A stretch of DNA of 64,000 bases from Nitrosopumilus sp. (GTDB lineage: Archaea; Thermoproteota; Nitrososphaeria; Nitrososphaerales; Nitrosopumilaceae): contig OZ245040.1 of assembly GCA_965224195.1 (NCBI GenBank), positions 256,001 to 320,000 on the forward strand, read 5' to 3'. Made by a program: the position numbers and the translations under genes. A model generated the notes under the pieces. It worked only from the letters and a program-made list of their open reading frames with translations. It was not told where the DNA came from and searched no databases. Shown one piece after another: positions 38,836 to 49,801 of the stretch. The stretch's first letter is position 1. Each line of letters begins with the position of its first letter.

Positions 38836-39639
38836 TTATAATCTTACAGGAATATCCCTATCTTTCAAATATGATTTTACACCATTTACTCCATGAGTTT
38901 CATAATGAAATATTGAAGCAGCTAAAGCAGCATCTACATTTGATTCCTTGAAAACGTTAATCATATCATCAGGTTTTCCACAACCTCCAGAAGCAATAAC
39001 AGGAATAGATACTGAATTAACGACATTTTTAGTCAGTAAAATATCATATCCATCTTTAGTTCCATCTTTATCAATACTTGTAAGAAGAATCTCCCCTGCA
39101 CCTAATTTTTCAGCATCTTTAACCCATTGAATAACATCTATTCCAGTACCTTCTTTCCCACCATAAATGAAAACTTCAAACCAAAATTGTTCATCATTTT
39201 CAGTAAAAATATTTTTTGACTCATCAATTTTAAAATTTCTTTTTGCATCAACAGCTATCACAATACATTGGCGTCCAAATAATTCCATTAATTCTGTAAT
39301 AACTTTAGGATTTTTTATTGCTCCAGTGTTAATTCCTACTTTATCTGCGCCATTTAGTAAAATATTTCTAGCATCTTCTAATGATTTTACTCCACCACCA
39401 ACAGTAAATGGGATGTCAATTACTGATGCAACTTTTCGTACCAGATCTTTGAGAGTTTTTCTCTGTTCGTCTGATGCAGTAATATCTAAAAAAACTAGTT
39501 CGTCTGCTCCTTCATTGCTATATTTTTCTGCTAGTTCTACAGGATCTCCAGCATCTTTAATTGATTCAAAGTTTAATCCTTTTACCACTCTTCCATTTTT
39601 TACATCTAAACATGGAATAATTCGTTTAGTTAATGTCAT
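38836..39639 (-). CDS. hisF: Imidazole glycerol phosphate synthase cyclase subunit
   Basis: [26 protein letters not shown]. Confidence 0.96.
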   Translation of the reverse strand: MTLTKRIIPCLDVKNGRVVKGLNFESIKDAGDPVELAEKYSNEGADELVFLDITASDEQRKTLKDLVRKVASVIDIPFTVGGGVKSLEDARNILLNGADKVGINTGAIKNPKVITELMELFGRQCIVIAVDAKRNFKIDESKNIFTENDEQFWFEVFIYGGKEGTGIDVIQWVKDAEKLGAGEILLTSIDKDGTKDGYDILLTKNVVNSVSIPVIASGGCGKPDDMINVFKESNVDAALAASIFHYETHGVNGVKSYLKDRDIPVRL

Positions 39640-40343
39640 GATAATTTTTTTGCATCCTCAACGGATATTTTTCTCTCATATAGTGCTTTTCCAAGAATTA
39701 CTCCAAAAGCATTTTTTTCTTTTACATCTTTAATATCATCAAGATTAGAAATCCCTCCACTTGCAATGATATTTGTTTTAGGTAAATTACATGCCTGTTC
39801 TAAAAATTCCAAATCTGGACCTTCCATAGTTCCATCACGACTAACATTTGTTAATAAGAATTCAGTAAAACCCATTTCAAGAAATTCATTAATTGCAGAA
39901 ATTAATTTAATTCCAGTATCTTTTTGCCAACCATTAATTACAATTTCACCATCTTTATGATCAACTGAAATTACAATTTTTTCCGGACCTAGCTCGGTTA
40001 ATAATAATTTTAGAAGGGATTTATCTTTGAATGCTAAAGTTCCCAGCACAATTCGTTCAGATAATTTTACAATTTCTAAAACTGATGATTCATCTCGTAA
40101 TCCACCAGCAACTTCAACAGGAATTGAAACGGATTCAAGGATTTTTTTAATTATATCCAAATTAGATCCAATTCCCAATGTTGCATCTAAATCAACTAAG
40201 TGAAGAATATCAGCACCTGCTGCTTCCCAACGTTGTGCAATTTCTATAGGATTATCACTATACACAGTTTTTTGGCTTGGATTTCCTTTGTACAATCGAA
40301 CTACTTTACCATCCATTAAATCAATAGCAGGAATTATTTTCAT
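39636..40343 (-). CDS. hisA: ProFAR isomerase
   Basis: IIPAIDL, HLVDLD, RDGTMEG. Confidence 0.95.
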   Translation of the reverse strand: MKIIPAIDLMDGKVVRLYKGNPSQKTVYSDNPIEIAQRWEAAGADILHLVDLDATLGIGSNLDIIKKILESVSIPVEVAGGLRDESSVLEIVKLSERIVLGTLAFKDKSLLKLLLTELGPEKIVISVDHKDGEIVINGWQKDTGIKLISAINEFLEMGFTEFLLTNVSRDGTMEGPDLEFLEQACNLPKTNIIASGGISNLDDIKDVKEKNAFGVILGKALYERKISVEDAKKLS

Positions 40344-40945
40344 TTTTTACACTCTTTGAGAAAATTCTCCAGCATTATTTTTCCTACAGTGCTAGATTTT
40401 TCAGGATGAAATTGAGTACCATAGAAATTATCTTGTTCCACTACAGCAGGTACTTTTATCCCATAATCAGACTCGGCAGTAATTACATCATTTGATTCAG
40501 GTTTTACTCTATACGAATGAACAAAATAAGCCCATGAACCATTTTCAACCCCTTCAAGAATTTTTCCAGGTTTTTTTATTTCAAGATTATTCCATCCCAT
40601 GTGTGGCACTTTCATACTAGAAGGAAGTATAACCACTTCGCCATCAATAACATTCAAACCTTTCTCTTTTCCTTCTTCACTTTTTTCAAAAAACATTTCC
40701 ATTCCAAGACAAATACCTAGAACAGGCACATTCCCAACATATTCTTTAAATTTGATTTTAGAAAAATCTCTAATACTATTCATAGCAGGATCAAAATTTC
40801 CTACACCAGGAAGTAACAAACCAGAATATGTATTTTTATTATCAAAAGTAGTTATTACATCTACTGTTGCTCCTACTTTTTCAAGGGAGTTTTTTAAACT
40901 GAAAATATTTCCAGCGCCATAATCAAAAATTGCAACACTTACCAT
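40340..40945 (-). CDS. hisH: Imidazole glycerol phosphate synthase glutaminase subunit
   Basis: LPGVG, GICLG, PHMGWN, QFHPEKS. Confidence 0.96.
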   Translation of the reverse strand: MVSVAIFDYGAGNIFSLKNSLEKVGATVDVITTFDNKNTYSGLLLPGVGNFDPAMNSIRDFSKIKFKEYVGNVPVLGICLGMEMFFEKSEEGKEKGLNVIDGEVVILPSSMKVPHMGWNNLEIKKPGKILEGVENGSWAYFVHSYRVKPESNDVITAESDYGIKVPAVVEQDNFYGTQFHPEKSSTVGKIMLENFLKECKK

Positions 40946-41541
40946 TACATTGAACCTTTAGTACTTGGAATTCCTTTTTGTTTTTTATCTAGTGAAGATG
41001 CATTTCTTAATGTAACTGCAAGTGATTTTATAGCAGCCTCAACTTTGTGGTGATCATTATCTCCATACTTTACAGTAAGGTGAATACAACTATTGAGATT
41101 TTGTAATAAAGATTGGAAGAAATGTTCAAGATCTTCTTTGGATATATCTTCAATCTTATTACGTTTAATAGATAATGTCAATTTCCAAAATGGACGTTTT
41201 ACTAAATCAATTGAAGCCTCAGCAAGAGATTCATCCATCGGAACAGAAGCATAGCTAAATCTAGTAATTCCACTTCTAGAACTTAGTGCCTTGTCAATTG
41301 TTTGTCCTATTGTAATTGCAGTGTCTTCAATCAAATGATGTTCTATACCATCATTTGACTTTGCATCAACTTTAAGATCCATCATACCATGTTTTCCAAA
41401 TGAAACAATCAAGTGATCAAGAAAATTTATTCCAGTTTTAATTACAGTTTTTCCTGAACCATCAAGATTTACAGATACAAAAACACTCGTTTCTTTTGTA
41501 TTTCGTTTAATTGATGCCTTTCTTGGTGTCATTTTTCTCAC
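40945..41541 (-). CDS. hisB: Imidazoleglycerol-phosphate dehydratase
   Basis: [25 protein letters not shown]. Confidence 0.95.
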   Translation of the reverse strand: MRKMTPRKASIKRNTKETSVFVSVNLDGSGKTVIKTGINFLDHLIVSFGKHGMMDLKVDAKSNDGIEHHLIEDTAITIGQTIDKALSSRSGITRFSYASVPMDESLAEASIDLVKRPFWKLTLSIKRNKIEDISKEDLEHFFQSLLQNLNSCIHLTVKYGDNDHHKVEAAIKSLAVTLRNASSLDKKQKGIPSTKGSM

Positions 41542-41557
41542 AGATTATGTAATTGCA

Positions 41558-42532
41558 TCATTCTAAATTTAATACCTTTGGTAACAAATGGATTGAATCC
41601 AATACCAAAATAGCATCATTTTTCTCAAATAGATCTAATTTCTCTTGTGGGTTTTTACTAGTACCTATAATTCCACAAAATGTTGTTTTTTGTCCTAAAT
41701 CACTAGATCTTTTAGCCATAACGAAATCCTCCATGGAATCTCCAACATAAAGAGTTGAAGTGCAATTCATACCATGAATTGAATTGAGAAGTGATTGAGG
41801 ATTAGGTTTTGCAAGCTCACGTGGTTCATCCTCAAGAAATACAGAACTATCTAAATTGAATTTTAACAATAATGATTTTAAAGAATATCTTACGGATTCT
41901 TTTCCTCTTCCTGTAACCATAGCAATTTTTGAATTAAATTTCTTTTGTAATTTTTTAAATAAAATATCATTTAAAATTACATCATCTTGTTCAATCAAAC
42001 CTATATCAGAAAAGTTTGAAGTTTTGTTAAATAATTTTTGGTACAATTCAGGTCCATAAAAAATTTGATCAAATATCTGATATACAATATTATCATGATG
42101 AGTTCCAGGATATGATAATTGTTTTTTAATTTCAGAAATATCAGTTTGATTTTCAACATATTTTTCTACAGATACAATACCAGTAAAATCAGAGTTTTTA
42201 ATAACATCAAAGATAAAATTGGTTGGATCTTTTTCTAATTTTTTAGCAGCAACAAGAGAAATTATGGCAGCATATGTCAAATCCACTTCATCATTAAATC
42301 CTCCAGTAGATTTGAATCCATCAATAATTTTAAAATCAATATCAATAGATGAATTAATTTTTGCTAGATGTTCTAATACATATCTAGTAGTTTTGATAAT
42401 TGTTAGATCATATGATTTTGTAATATTAATTAACACACCATCACAATCAAAAATTATTGAATCCAATTCATTTAAAATTTGAATTTTAGAATCATTAGTG
42501 TAGATCCCTTCAAATTTTTTTATTAATGTCAT
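41558..42532 (-). CDS. HAD hydrolase, candidate histidinol-phosphatase
   Basis: FDCDGVL, VTGR, KPNP, YVGDSMED; inside his operon. Confidence 0.8.
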   Translation of the reverse strand: MTLIKKFEGIYTNDSKIQILNELDSIIFDCDGVLINITKSYDLTIIKTTRYVLEHLAKINSSIDIDFKIIDGFKSTGGFNDEVDLTYAAIISLVAAKKLEKDPTNFIFDVIKNSDFTGIVSVEKYVENQTDISEIKKQLSYPGTHHDNIVYQIFDQIFYGPELYQKLFNKTSNFSDIGLIEQDDVILNDILFKKLQKKFNSKIAMVTGRGKESVRYSLKSLLLKFNLDSSVFLEDEPRELAKPNPQSLLNSIHGMNCTSTLYVGDSMEDFVMAKRSSDLGQKTTFCGIIGTSKNPQEKLDLFEKNDAILVLDSIHLLPKVLNLE

Positions 42533-43599
42533 CCTAGTAAATCACGAATAGCCAATAAGAATTTTGAATTCATTTCTTTTGTTCCAATAGTTACTCTAAG
42601 ACATCCATCATGATTTCCTATTTTTCCTAATTTACGAATTGAGATTCCCTGCTCAGCTAATGCAGAATAGACACGTTTGTATGCACTATGGGCGTCAAAT
42701 AGCACAAAATTAGCCTTGGAATCAAATACTTCAAAAGCGTCAAAAGTTTGTAAAGTTTCAATAATTCGTTTTCTTTCAATTTTGATACTATCAATAGTAT
42801 CTTTCATGAGTTTTGATTTTTCCAAAGCCTGAATTCCTGATTCTATTGTAATTGTGCTAATAGGATAGGGATATTGTAAAACATTCATAAAAGTTTCAGT
42901 GAATTTTTTACTTGCAATAAAATAACCCAGTCTCAATCCCGCTAATCCAAATGATTTGGAAAGAGTTTGAACTATAATTAAATTATTTTGAGTCTTAACC
43001 ATACTTGAAAGAGAATATTCGCTAAAATCACCATATGCCTCATCAATTATTACAAGACCAGTAAAAGATTTAACAAGTTTTTGTAATTCATTTTTTGTAA
43101 ATTGAAATCCAGTTGGATTATTTGGGGAATCTAAATAAAGAATATCTGCATTTTTTGTTTGTTTTAAAAAATCTTTAACATCTAATTTCATATTATTAGA
43201 AAACGGAATTGCAATTAATGGTATATCATATAATTTACAACGCTCCTCAAAAAATCCAAATGTAGGGTTTGATGTAAGAACTTTAGTTTGTTTTGAGACA
43301 AAATTTGAAAGTATTAAATCTAAAATTTGATCAGATCCATTACCCACCCCAATCATCGATGATGGTATTTTAACAAATTTTGATATCATATCAATTAATC
43401 TTTCAACTCCACCTAATGGGTATTCTCTAATATCAGAATTTTTTTTAGCAAAAGAAATTATATCACTTTGAAATTGTTTTGGAATTACATAATTTTCATT
43501 AGAATCAAGTTTCACTGAATCTTCAACAAGTTCTGGTTTTTTATAACCACCTAGCAAACTAAATTTTGTAATTTTTTCTTCTAACCAATTTTTTTTCAA
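42529..43599 (-). CDS. hisC: Histidinol-phosphate aminotransferase
   Basis: GNGSDQ, SPNNPTG, DEAY, TLSKSFGLAGLRLG. Confidence 0.95.
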   Translation of the reverse strand: MKKNWLEEKITKFSLLGGYKKPELVEDSVKLDSNENYVIPKQFQSDIISFAKKNSDIREYPLGGVERLIDMISKFVKIPSSMIGVGNGSDQILDLILSNFVSKQTKVLTSNPTFGFFEERCKLYDIPLIAIPFSNNMKLDVKDFLKQTKNADILYLDSPNNPTGFQFTKNELQKLVKSFTGLVIIDEAYGDFSEYSLSSMVKTQNNLIIVQTLSKSFGLAGLRLGYFIASKKFTETFMNVLQYPYPISTITIESGIQALEKSKLMKDTIDSIKIERKRIIETLQTFDAFEVFDSKANFVLFDAHSAYKRVYSALAEQGISIRKLGKIGNHDGCLRVTIGTKEMNSKFLLAIRDLLG

Positions 43600-44870
43600 T
43601 TTAATCTACCTCTTACTGCTTCAAAGTGATTTGTAAGACCTTCAGCATTAGTCAAGACTTCAAGATGTTTTGAAATTTTTGATAACGATTTTTTAGATGA
43701 TGTAATCTGTGTGTTTACTTTGATAAAATCTAAAACAGAAAGAGACCCTCTGATTTTTCCAAATCCATTTGTAGGTAGAATATGATTTGAGCCTAAAATG
43801 TAGTCACTTACCGATGATGGAGTATCATTTCCAATCAAAACAAGCCCAGATGAAGTTATTTTTGATGCCATAGATTCTGAATTTTTGGTCATAATTTGTA
43901 AGTGTTCAGGAGCTAGAATATTTGCAAGTTTAATCATATCTGAATTAGTTTTACATATTCCAATAAATCCATTATTTTTTAAACTAGATTGGACTATCTT
44001 TCTTCTTTTGATTTTTGGGATTAGTTCTGAAATAATTTTATTTACAGACTTTGCAATCTTCTCTGATGTAGTAATCAAATAACAAAATGTGTCATTACTG
44101 TGTTCAGATTGAGAAATCAAATCTAAAGCCACAAATTTTGGGTTTGTCGAATTATCTGCCATTATTCCTAATTCAGTAGGACCTGCAAGCATGTCAATTC
44201 CTGTCTGATCACTTATCATAAATTTTGCAGTTGTAACAAATGAACCTCCTGGACCTACAATTTTATCCACTTTAGTGATAGATTTTGTTCCATAAGATAA
44301 TGCTGCAATAGATTGTACACCTCCTGTTTTGTAAATTTCATTTGCACCACAAATATCAGCGCTAACAATGGTTAATGGATCAATTTTTCCATCAGAATTA
44401 GGTGGAGATACAACTACTATTCTTTTAACTCCTGCAATTTTAGCTGGAACTACAGACATAATTACAGAGCTTGGGTATTTTGCCAATCCACCAGGAATAT
44501 AACATCCTACACTTTGAATAGGAATAAATCTTTTAGAAATTTTTATTCCATCCTGGTTAATTATTTTATCTGTAAGTAATGATTTAACGATAGATTCTGT
44601 TTTTCCAAGTCTAGCTTTTGCCAATTTTAATGCGTCACGTTCTGTTTTAGATATTTTAGAATATGCATTTTTTATCTCACTTGGAGTTAAACGTAATGAT
44701 GATATGTTTGCTTTGCTAAATTTTTTTTCATATTTGCGAATTGCAATATCCCCGTTTTTTCTAACATCTTTTAGAATTGATTCAACTATAGTTTTGTTAT
44801 TTTGAGGCTGTTTTGGAAGTATTTTAGCTGCAAACTGTTCAACATTAGATACTTTGATTATTCTCATCAA
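43596..44870 (-). CDS. hisD: Histidinol dehydrogenase
   Basis: YIPGG, KIVGPG, DMLAGPTE, APEHL, GSNHILPT. Confidence 0.95.
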   Translation of the reverse strand: MMRIIKVSNVEQFAAKILPKQPQNNKTIVESILKDVRKNGDIAIRKYEKKFSKANISSLRLTPSEIKNAYSKISKTERDALKLAKARLGKTESIVKSLLTDKIINQDGIKISKRFIPIQSVGCYIPGGLAKYPSSVIMSVVPAKIAGVKRIVVVSPPNSDGKIDPLTIVSADICGANEIYKTGGVQSIAALSYGTKSITKVDKIVGPGGSFVTTAKFMISDQTGIDMLAGPTELGIMADNSTNPKFVALDLISQSEHSNDTFCYLITTSEKIAKSVNKIISELIPKIKRRKIVQSSLKNNGFIGICKTNSDMIKLANILAPEHLQIMTKNSESMASKITSSGLVLIGNDTPSSVSDYILGSNHILPTNGFGKIRGSLSVLDFIKVNTQITSSKKSLSKISKHLEVLTNAEGLTNHFEAVRGRLN

Positions 44871-45859
44871 TTTTCTTCGTCACGTTTTATCTCCTCGAGT
44901 TCAAGTATTTGTCTAGGTTCATGAACTACGAGTCCTTGAGCAATTTTTCGTAATTTAGGGATTAGTTTGTGAAATTCTTCTTTTTGAATTACGGTATTTA
45001 CACCAAACCATCCTTCTTCACTTAGTGGACTGATTGTAGGTTTTTTGAGAGATGGCATCTGTGTCAAAAGCTTTTTCAGATTTTTTTCTTCAACATTTAG
45101 ATAAATGTGTAAGAATTTCTTGCCTTGAACTGCACCTCTCATCAAAGTTACTATATCAAATATTTTTTCGCGTTTTTTAGAATCTTTTAATGATTTTTTA
45201 TTTACAATCAAATGTGCAGTTGAAGTAAGAACTTCATCTACAATTTTGAGTTTATTTTGTTTTAGAGTAGTTCCAGTTTCTGTAACATCCATTATTGCAT
45301 TTACATCCTCAGGTGGCTTTGCTTCGGTAGCACCAAAGGATAAATGAATTTGAACACTTTTGTTATTTCCAAGTCTTACCCAAGGAGTAACAATTAAAGG
45401 ATCTTTTGAACCATAATATTTTTTGTAAGATTTTGATTGTTTTAGAAATTTTGATGCGGTTGTAAGATATTCTGATGAAATTCTAAGTGTTTTCTTCTTT
45501 TTACCATAATCTGCAATCATTTCATCAAGATTTTTGTATTTGTATTTATCAGGAAATGCAATTACTAATCTAATTTTTCCATATTCTAAATCTAAAATTT
45601 GTTCAACATCAGAATTTGTTTCCCCTACCCAATCCTTTCCAGTAATGCCTACATCATACAATCCTTCTGCAACCAATGTTGGAATTTCTTGAGGACGAAG
45701 CATTTTGACTACTATACTTGGATCATCTAGATAGACTCGATATGTTCTACTTTTTCGATTTACTTTAGTAAACGATCTTTCTAACAATTTGAAAGTGGCT
45801 TCTTCTAAACTTCCTTTTGGGATTGCAAATTTTACTTCAGACATTTTTAATTTTTTCAC
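44867..45859 (-). CDS. hisG: ATP phosphoribosyltransferase (long form)
   Basis: AIPKGSL, RPQEIP, GITGKDW, GATEA, DVTETGTTL. Confidence 0.95.
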   Translation of the reverse strand: MKKLKMSEVKFAIPKGSLEEATFKLLERSFTKVNRKSRTYRVYLDDPSIVVKMLRPQEIPTLVAEGLYDVGITGKDWVGETNSDVEQILDLEYGKIRLVIAFPDKYKYKNLDEMIADYGKKKKTLRISSEYLTTASKFLKQSKSYKKYYGSKDPLIVTPWVRLGNNKSVQIHLSFGATEAKPPEDVNAIMDVTETGTTLKQNKLKIVDEVLTSTAHLIVNKKSLKDSKKREKIFDIVTLMRGAVQGKKFLHIYLNVEEKNLKKLLTQMPSLKKPTISPLSEEGWFGVNTVIQKEEFHKLIPKLRKIAQGLVVHEPRQILELEEIKRDEEN

Positions 45860-45882
45860 TTTTTAGGTATATAATCTCATGT

Positions 45883-47139
45883 TTAAATTTGCTCAAGTAA
45901 TTCTTTAGCTCTATCAAGTGAAATTTTCTTTTCTTCAATCATTTTTTTAACGATTTTATCGATTTGATCAGGTGTAGCACCTGCTACTGCAGCTAAATTC
46001 CTAGCATGAAGACGCATGTGCCCTTTTTGAATCCCTTCAGTTGAAAGAGCTTGAATTGCACTATAGTTTTGAGCCAATCCTGTAGCAGTCATCACACATG
46101 CAAGTTCTTGTGTAGATGTTGCTCCTAGAATTTTTGCACAAACTTTGGCTACTGGATGAACATTTACAATTCCACCCATAATTCCTACAGAAAGTGGTAT
46201 TTCCAGAATTCCAATTAAATTTCCCTCATTATCCTTACTCCATTTACTCAAAGAACGATACTTTCCAGTTTGCGCAGCATATGCATTTGCTGCAGCCTCT
46301 ATTGCTCTACTATCCTGACCTACTGCATTTGCAACAGCTATTGTTCCATTCATAATACCTTTGTTATGAGTAACAGCCCTATACACATCATTATCAGCAA
46401 ACTCAAATGCAGAAATAATATTATCAACAACTTGTTCTCCACCTACAGCTTCTTTTTCAAATACTGCTTTTGCTTTTACCATTCTTCTAGTAGAATAATT
46501 AGATAATATTCTTAGTAATGCCCTACCGCTAGTAATTTTTTCAATTAAAGGGGAGATAGCTTCACACATAGTATTTGTAACATTTGCACCCATGGCATCA
46601 CCTACGTCAATAAGTAATTCGACAATTAACATTTTTCCTGAAGGTGTATCAATTTCTTTACATGAAATTTCTTTTGCACCTTTATCCATCTTAGACAAAG
46701 TATTACTTTTTGAATTTGCAAGTTGGAGTATTTCATTCGTAGAATTTTTTATTTCAGATATAGCTAATGGAATGTCAACATCTAACATCTGAATTTGACC
46801 AATACTAAAAGATTCATCAGCAAAAACTTCAAACCCACCTTTAATTCGTGCAACTTTAGCTCCCTTTGATGCAGCAGCTATTACTGATGGTTCCTCAATA
46901 ACCATAGGGACCACGTAATCTTTACCGTTTATCTTAAAATTTGTAGCAATTCCCAAGGGAAGAGAAAAAGTTCCAATTGCATTTTCAACCATTTTATCGG
47001 CCTTATCAAAAGAAATTCCTCCATCGTCACTTTGTAGAATTTTTAATTCTTCATTTGAGAGATTTGCAAAATTGGCTACAATATCTAATCTTTCTTGTCT
47101 AGATTTTTCAAAAAATTTAGAAATTGATGAATCAGGCAT
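45883..47139 (-). CDS. hmgA: HMG-CoA reductase (class II)
   Basis: ENAIG, EEPSVIAA, DAMGAN, THNKGIMNG, GHMRLH. Confidence 0.95.
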   Translation of the reverse strand: MPDSSISKFFEKSRQERLDIVANFANLSNEELKILQSDDGGISFDKADKMVENAIGTFSLPLGIATNFKINGKDYVVPMVIEEPSVIAAASKGAKVARIKGGFEVFADESFSIGQIQMLDVDIPLAISEIKNSTNEILQLANSKSNTLSKMDKGAKEISCKEIDTPSGKMLIVELLIDVGDAMGANVTNTMCEAISPLIEKITSGRALLRILSNYSTRRMVKAKAVFEKEAVGGEQVVDNIISAFEFADNDVYRAVTHNKGIMNGTIAVANAVGQDSRAIEAAANAYAAQTGKYRSLSKWSKDNEGNLIGILEIPLSVGIMGGIVNVHPVAKVCAKILGATSTQELACVMTATGLAQNYSAIQALSTEGIQKGHMRLHARNLAAVAGATPDQIDKIVKKMIEEKKISLDRAKELLEQI

Positions 47140-47140
47140 T

Positions 47141-48232
47141 TTATTTCAATATCCTCAATAGTTTATCATCCATACTATCTGGAAAACCTTTTCCATCCGT
47201 ATTTGAAGTGATTACATAGAGACTGCCATCAGTACCCTGTACTACATCACGTACACGTCCTATACCACTAAGAATTGACTTTTGAGAACTCAATCCTTCT
47301 TCAAAATCTAATTGATATAGATTTGCTGCCCTCATGGATGCCATAATAAATGAGGATTCAAAGTCTAAAGAATCCCCAGAATAAAATAAAATACCCCCAG
47401 GTTCTACACTTGGATCAAAACAAAGAATGGCATCTTCAAAATCTTTATCACCTGAGCATTGTTCCTCAGGCCATCCATAGTTTTTTCCTGCTTGAATTAG
47501 ATTAATTTCATCATTTTTTTCTGGTCCAAATTCTGCAACATACAAATTTTCATCGTCATCCCAAGTCATTCCTTGAGGATTTCTATGTCCTAATGAATAT
47601 ACTAGTGAATTAGAAAATGGATTATCATTCGGAATTGTACCATCATCATTTAATCTTAAAATTTTTCCAGATAGAGAGTTAAGATCTTGTGGCAAATGAG
47701 AAGCATCAGAAACAGTACCTGTACCCACATACAATTTTTCATCTGGTCCGAATTTCATAAAACCTCCATTTGTAAAAGAAGATCCAGGAATTTTATCTAA
47801 AATAGTTTCTGCATTTTGTAATTTATTCTCTGATTCAGTAATTCTTAAAATCTTATTCCATAAATTATCATCTTCTTCATAAGTCAAAAAAACATACATG
47901 TAATGATTAGTTGAAAAATTTGGATGTAATGCAATTCCCAACAATCCACCATCAAACACATCAGCTCCACGTAATGTAGCTAATGGAGATTCTAACAAAG
48001 TATTATTTTGAATTACTTTAATCATTCCATCTTTTTCAGTAACAAAAATCCTATCATTAGAAACAGCAATAGCTCTAGGCTTATCGAGATTTTCAGCTAA
48101 AATAGTTACAAAATCACTTTGAGAATTGGAATTTGGAATTGGTAATGGAATTGGATCTGTTGGAGATGTTAAAACTAATACTGAAAATACAATAGCAACA
48201 ACAATTGCAGCAACTTGAATTTTTTTATCCAT
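47141..48232 (-). CDS. PQQ-dependent glucose/sorbosone dehydrogenase-family protein
   Basis: GLLGIALHPNF, GKILRL, GHRNPQG, NYGWP, GRVRDV. Confidence 0.9.
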   Translation of the reverse strand: MDKKIQVAAIVVAIVFSVLVLTSPTDPIPLPIPNSNSQSDFVTILAENLDKPRAIAVSNDRIFVTEKDGMIKVIQNNTLLESPLATLRGADVFDGGLLGIALHPNFSTNHYMYVFLTYEEDDNLWNKILRITESENKLQNAETILDKIPGSSFTNGGFMKFGPDEKLYVGTGTVSDASHLPQDLNSLSGKILRLNDDGTIPNDNPFSNSLVYSLGHRNPQGMTWDDDENLYVAEFGPEKNDEINLIQAGKNYGWPEEQCSGDKDFEDAILCFDPSVEPGGILFYSGDSLDFESSFIMASMRAANLYQLDFEEGLSSQKSILSGIGRVRDVVQGTDGSLYVITSNTDGKGFPDSMDDKLLRILK

Positions 48233-48314
48233 GAAAATATGAGTTCTTCAAATCCTATTAATTACTTTCAAGAATTTGATAAAGCGTATATACGGCTCAA
48301 CTTCATTTATGTTC

Positions 48315-48389
48315 AGCGGGGTGGGGAAGCCAGGTCATCCCGGCGGGCTCATAACCCGCAGTTCAGTAGTTCAAATCTACTCCCCGCTA
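48315..48389 (+). tRNA. Initiator tRNA-Met (CAU)
   Basis: A1-U72, three G-C pairs in anticodon stem, loop CTCATAA, TTCAAAT. Confidence 0.95.
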
Positions 48390-48390
48390 C

Positions 48391-49719
48391 TTATTTTCCA
48401 TATACACAAAACCATGAAAGGGATTTCTCAAATTTTGATGATTTGTTAATTGTTCCAATTCTCTGTAAAGGTCTACTTAGATGCCTATGTGCAGATATTT
48501 TTGGAAGATAGAGTTGTTTTTGGATATTTCTTGAAATTTTAGTAGTAATTTTTTTAGAAGCTTTTTTTCCACAACGAACACACTGAAATCCTTGATTGAC
48601 GCCTTTAGATTTCATTTTTTTGTGACATTTATTGCATTGAGGATTTGATAATGTGGTATTCTTTTCGAGTGAAATAATATCAATAAATTCAAGATTAATT
48701 ATTCGGGGAAAATATTTTGAGGCTTTTCTAACTCCTCCACCAACATGAATTTTATCTCCTTTTAGCAAATTTGATGCAATTAGAGTCATACCAGTCGGTT
48801 TGTAAACAGCACACCAAAATTCATGGCCCTTAGAAATAATTTTAAAAAATACATGACCTCCTTTTACAATTTTTGGTGTATTAGATACAACACCAGAGAT
48901 TTTTCCAGATGCATAAGGTTTCATGTTTTCAAAAGTTAGTTCATTTTTCAAATGATCACCAGTTCCCTGATTTGATTTAAAGATCATATATCCGTCTAAT
49001 TTTTCATTCGTTTTGAGAATTTTAGTAGCATAAACCAAAGAATCAACATTTTCACCTCTAACACCATAAAAAACAGGATCTGGACTATGTGGAGTAATTA
49101 AAACTCGACCTTTTTTTGTATCAAAGCTGTTAAACGTGTTAGGGGAAGTTTTTTCCTGCATATGTTTTACACTCTCAGTAGAAATTTTTCTCTCTTTTCC
49201 AAATTTTGATCTTTTGCGATAACTTAAAAGTTCCAATGTATGATCTTTAAAATCATAACCTATTGCACCTATAGCACCAACTAATCCTTGACCATTTCCT
49301 TGAAAATGAATTTCAAGATTGTTTTTTTTAGCAAATGTTTTTGCATTGTTACGATTAATTAATTGCCATAAAGCTAATTTACTAAATTTAATGAATTCAG
49401 ATGGAATACTATCACTTTCAAAAAATACTAATCCCGGATTTGCGCCATTTTTAGTATCAGAATATTTTGAAACAAAATTTTTAATTTGATTTTTAATTTT
49501 AGATGGGTTTTTTGTCTTTATTTTAAAAGAAACTGCACCATTTCCTCTAGTTTTCCAAGGAATGTTAGGATTGAATCTAATTAATCTTGGAAAATCCAGA
49601 AATTCCGTTTTTTGCTTTTGGAGTGAATCAACAATTTTGTAAGCAAGAAATGTGGTACACATACCTTTTGGAGAATCAGTATCATCAAATCCAACATTTA
49701 AGATAGTTTCCTTTTCCAT
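48391..49719 (-). CDS. tiaS: tRNA(Ile2) agmatinylcytidine synthetase
   Basis: DDTDS..GMCTT, NPNIPWKTRGN, NQGTGDH, C-terminal zinc ribbon. Confidence 0.95.
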   Translation of the reverse strand: MEKETILNVGFDDTDSPKGMCTTFLAYKIVDSLQKQKTEFLDFPRLIRFNPNIPWKTRGNGAVSFKIKTKNPSKIKNQIKNFVSKYSDTKNGANPGLVFFESDSIPSEFIKFSKLALWQLINRNNAKTFAKKNNLEIHFQGNGQGLVGAIGAIGYDFKDHTLELLSYRKRSKFGKERKISTESVKHMQEKTSPNTFNSFDTKKGRVLITPHSPDPVFYGVRGENVDSLVYATKILKTNEKLDGYMIFKSNQGTGDHLKNELTFENMKPYASGKISGVVSNTPKIVKGGHVFFKIISKGHEFWCAVYKPTGMTLIASNLLKGDKIHVGGGVRKASKYFPRIINLEFIDIISLEKNTTLSNPQCNKCHKKMKSKGVNQGFQCVRCGKKASKKITTKISRNIQKQLYLPKISAHRHLSRPLQRIGTINKSSKFEKSLSWFCVYGK

Positions 49720-49801
49720 GACTTGTTTTAATTAATCAGACATTTTTAGTTGTTGTAAGCTTCAGTTGATTTAAATTAATAACGTACCATTCCAAGCTGA
49801 A

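Noticed and set aside
48215-48511. 98-aa ORF
   Set aside because: Spans tRNA-iMet and the tiaS 3' end; spurious.
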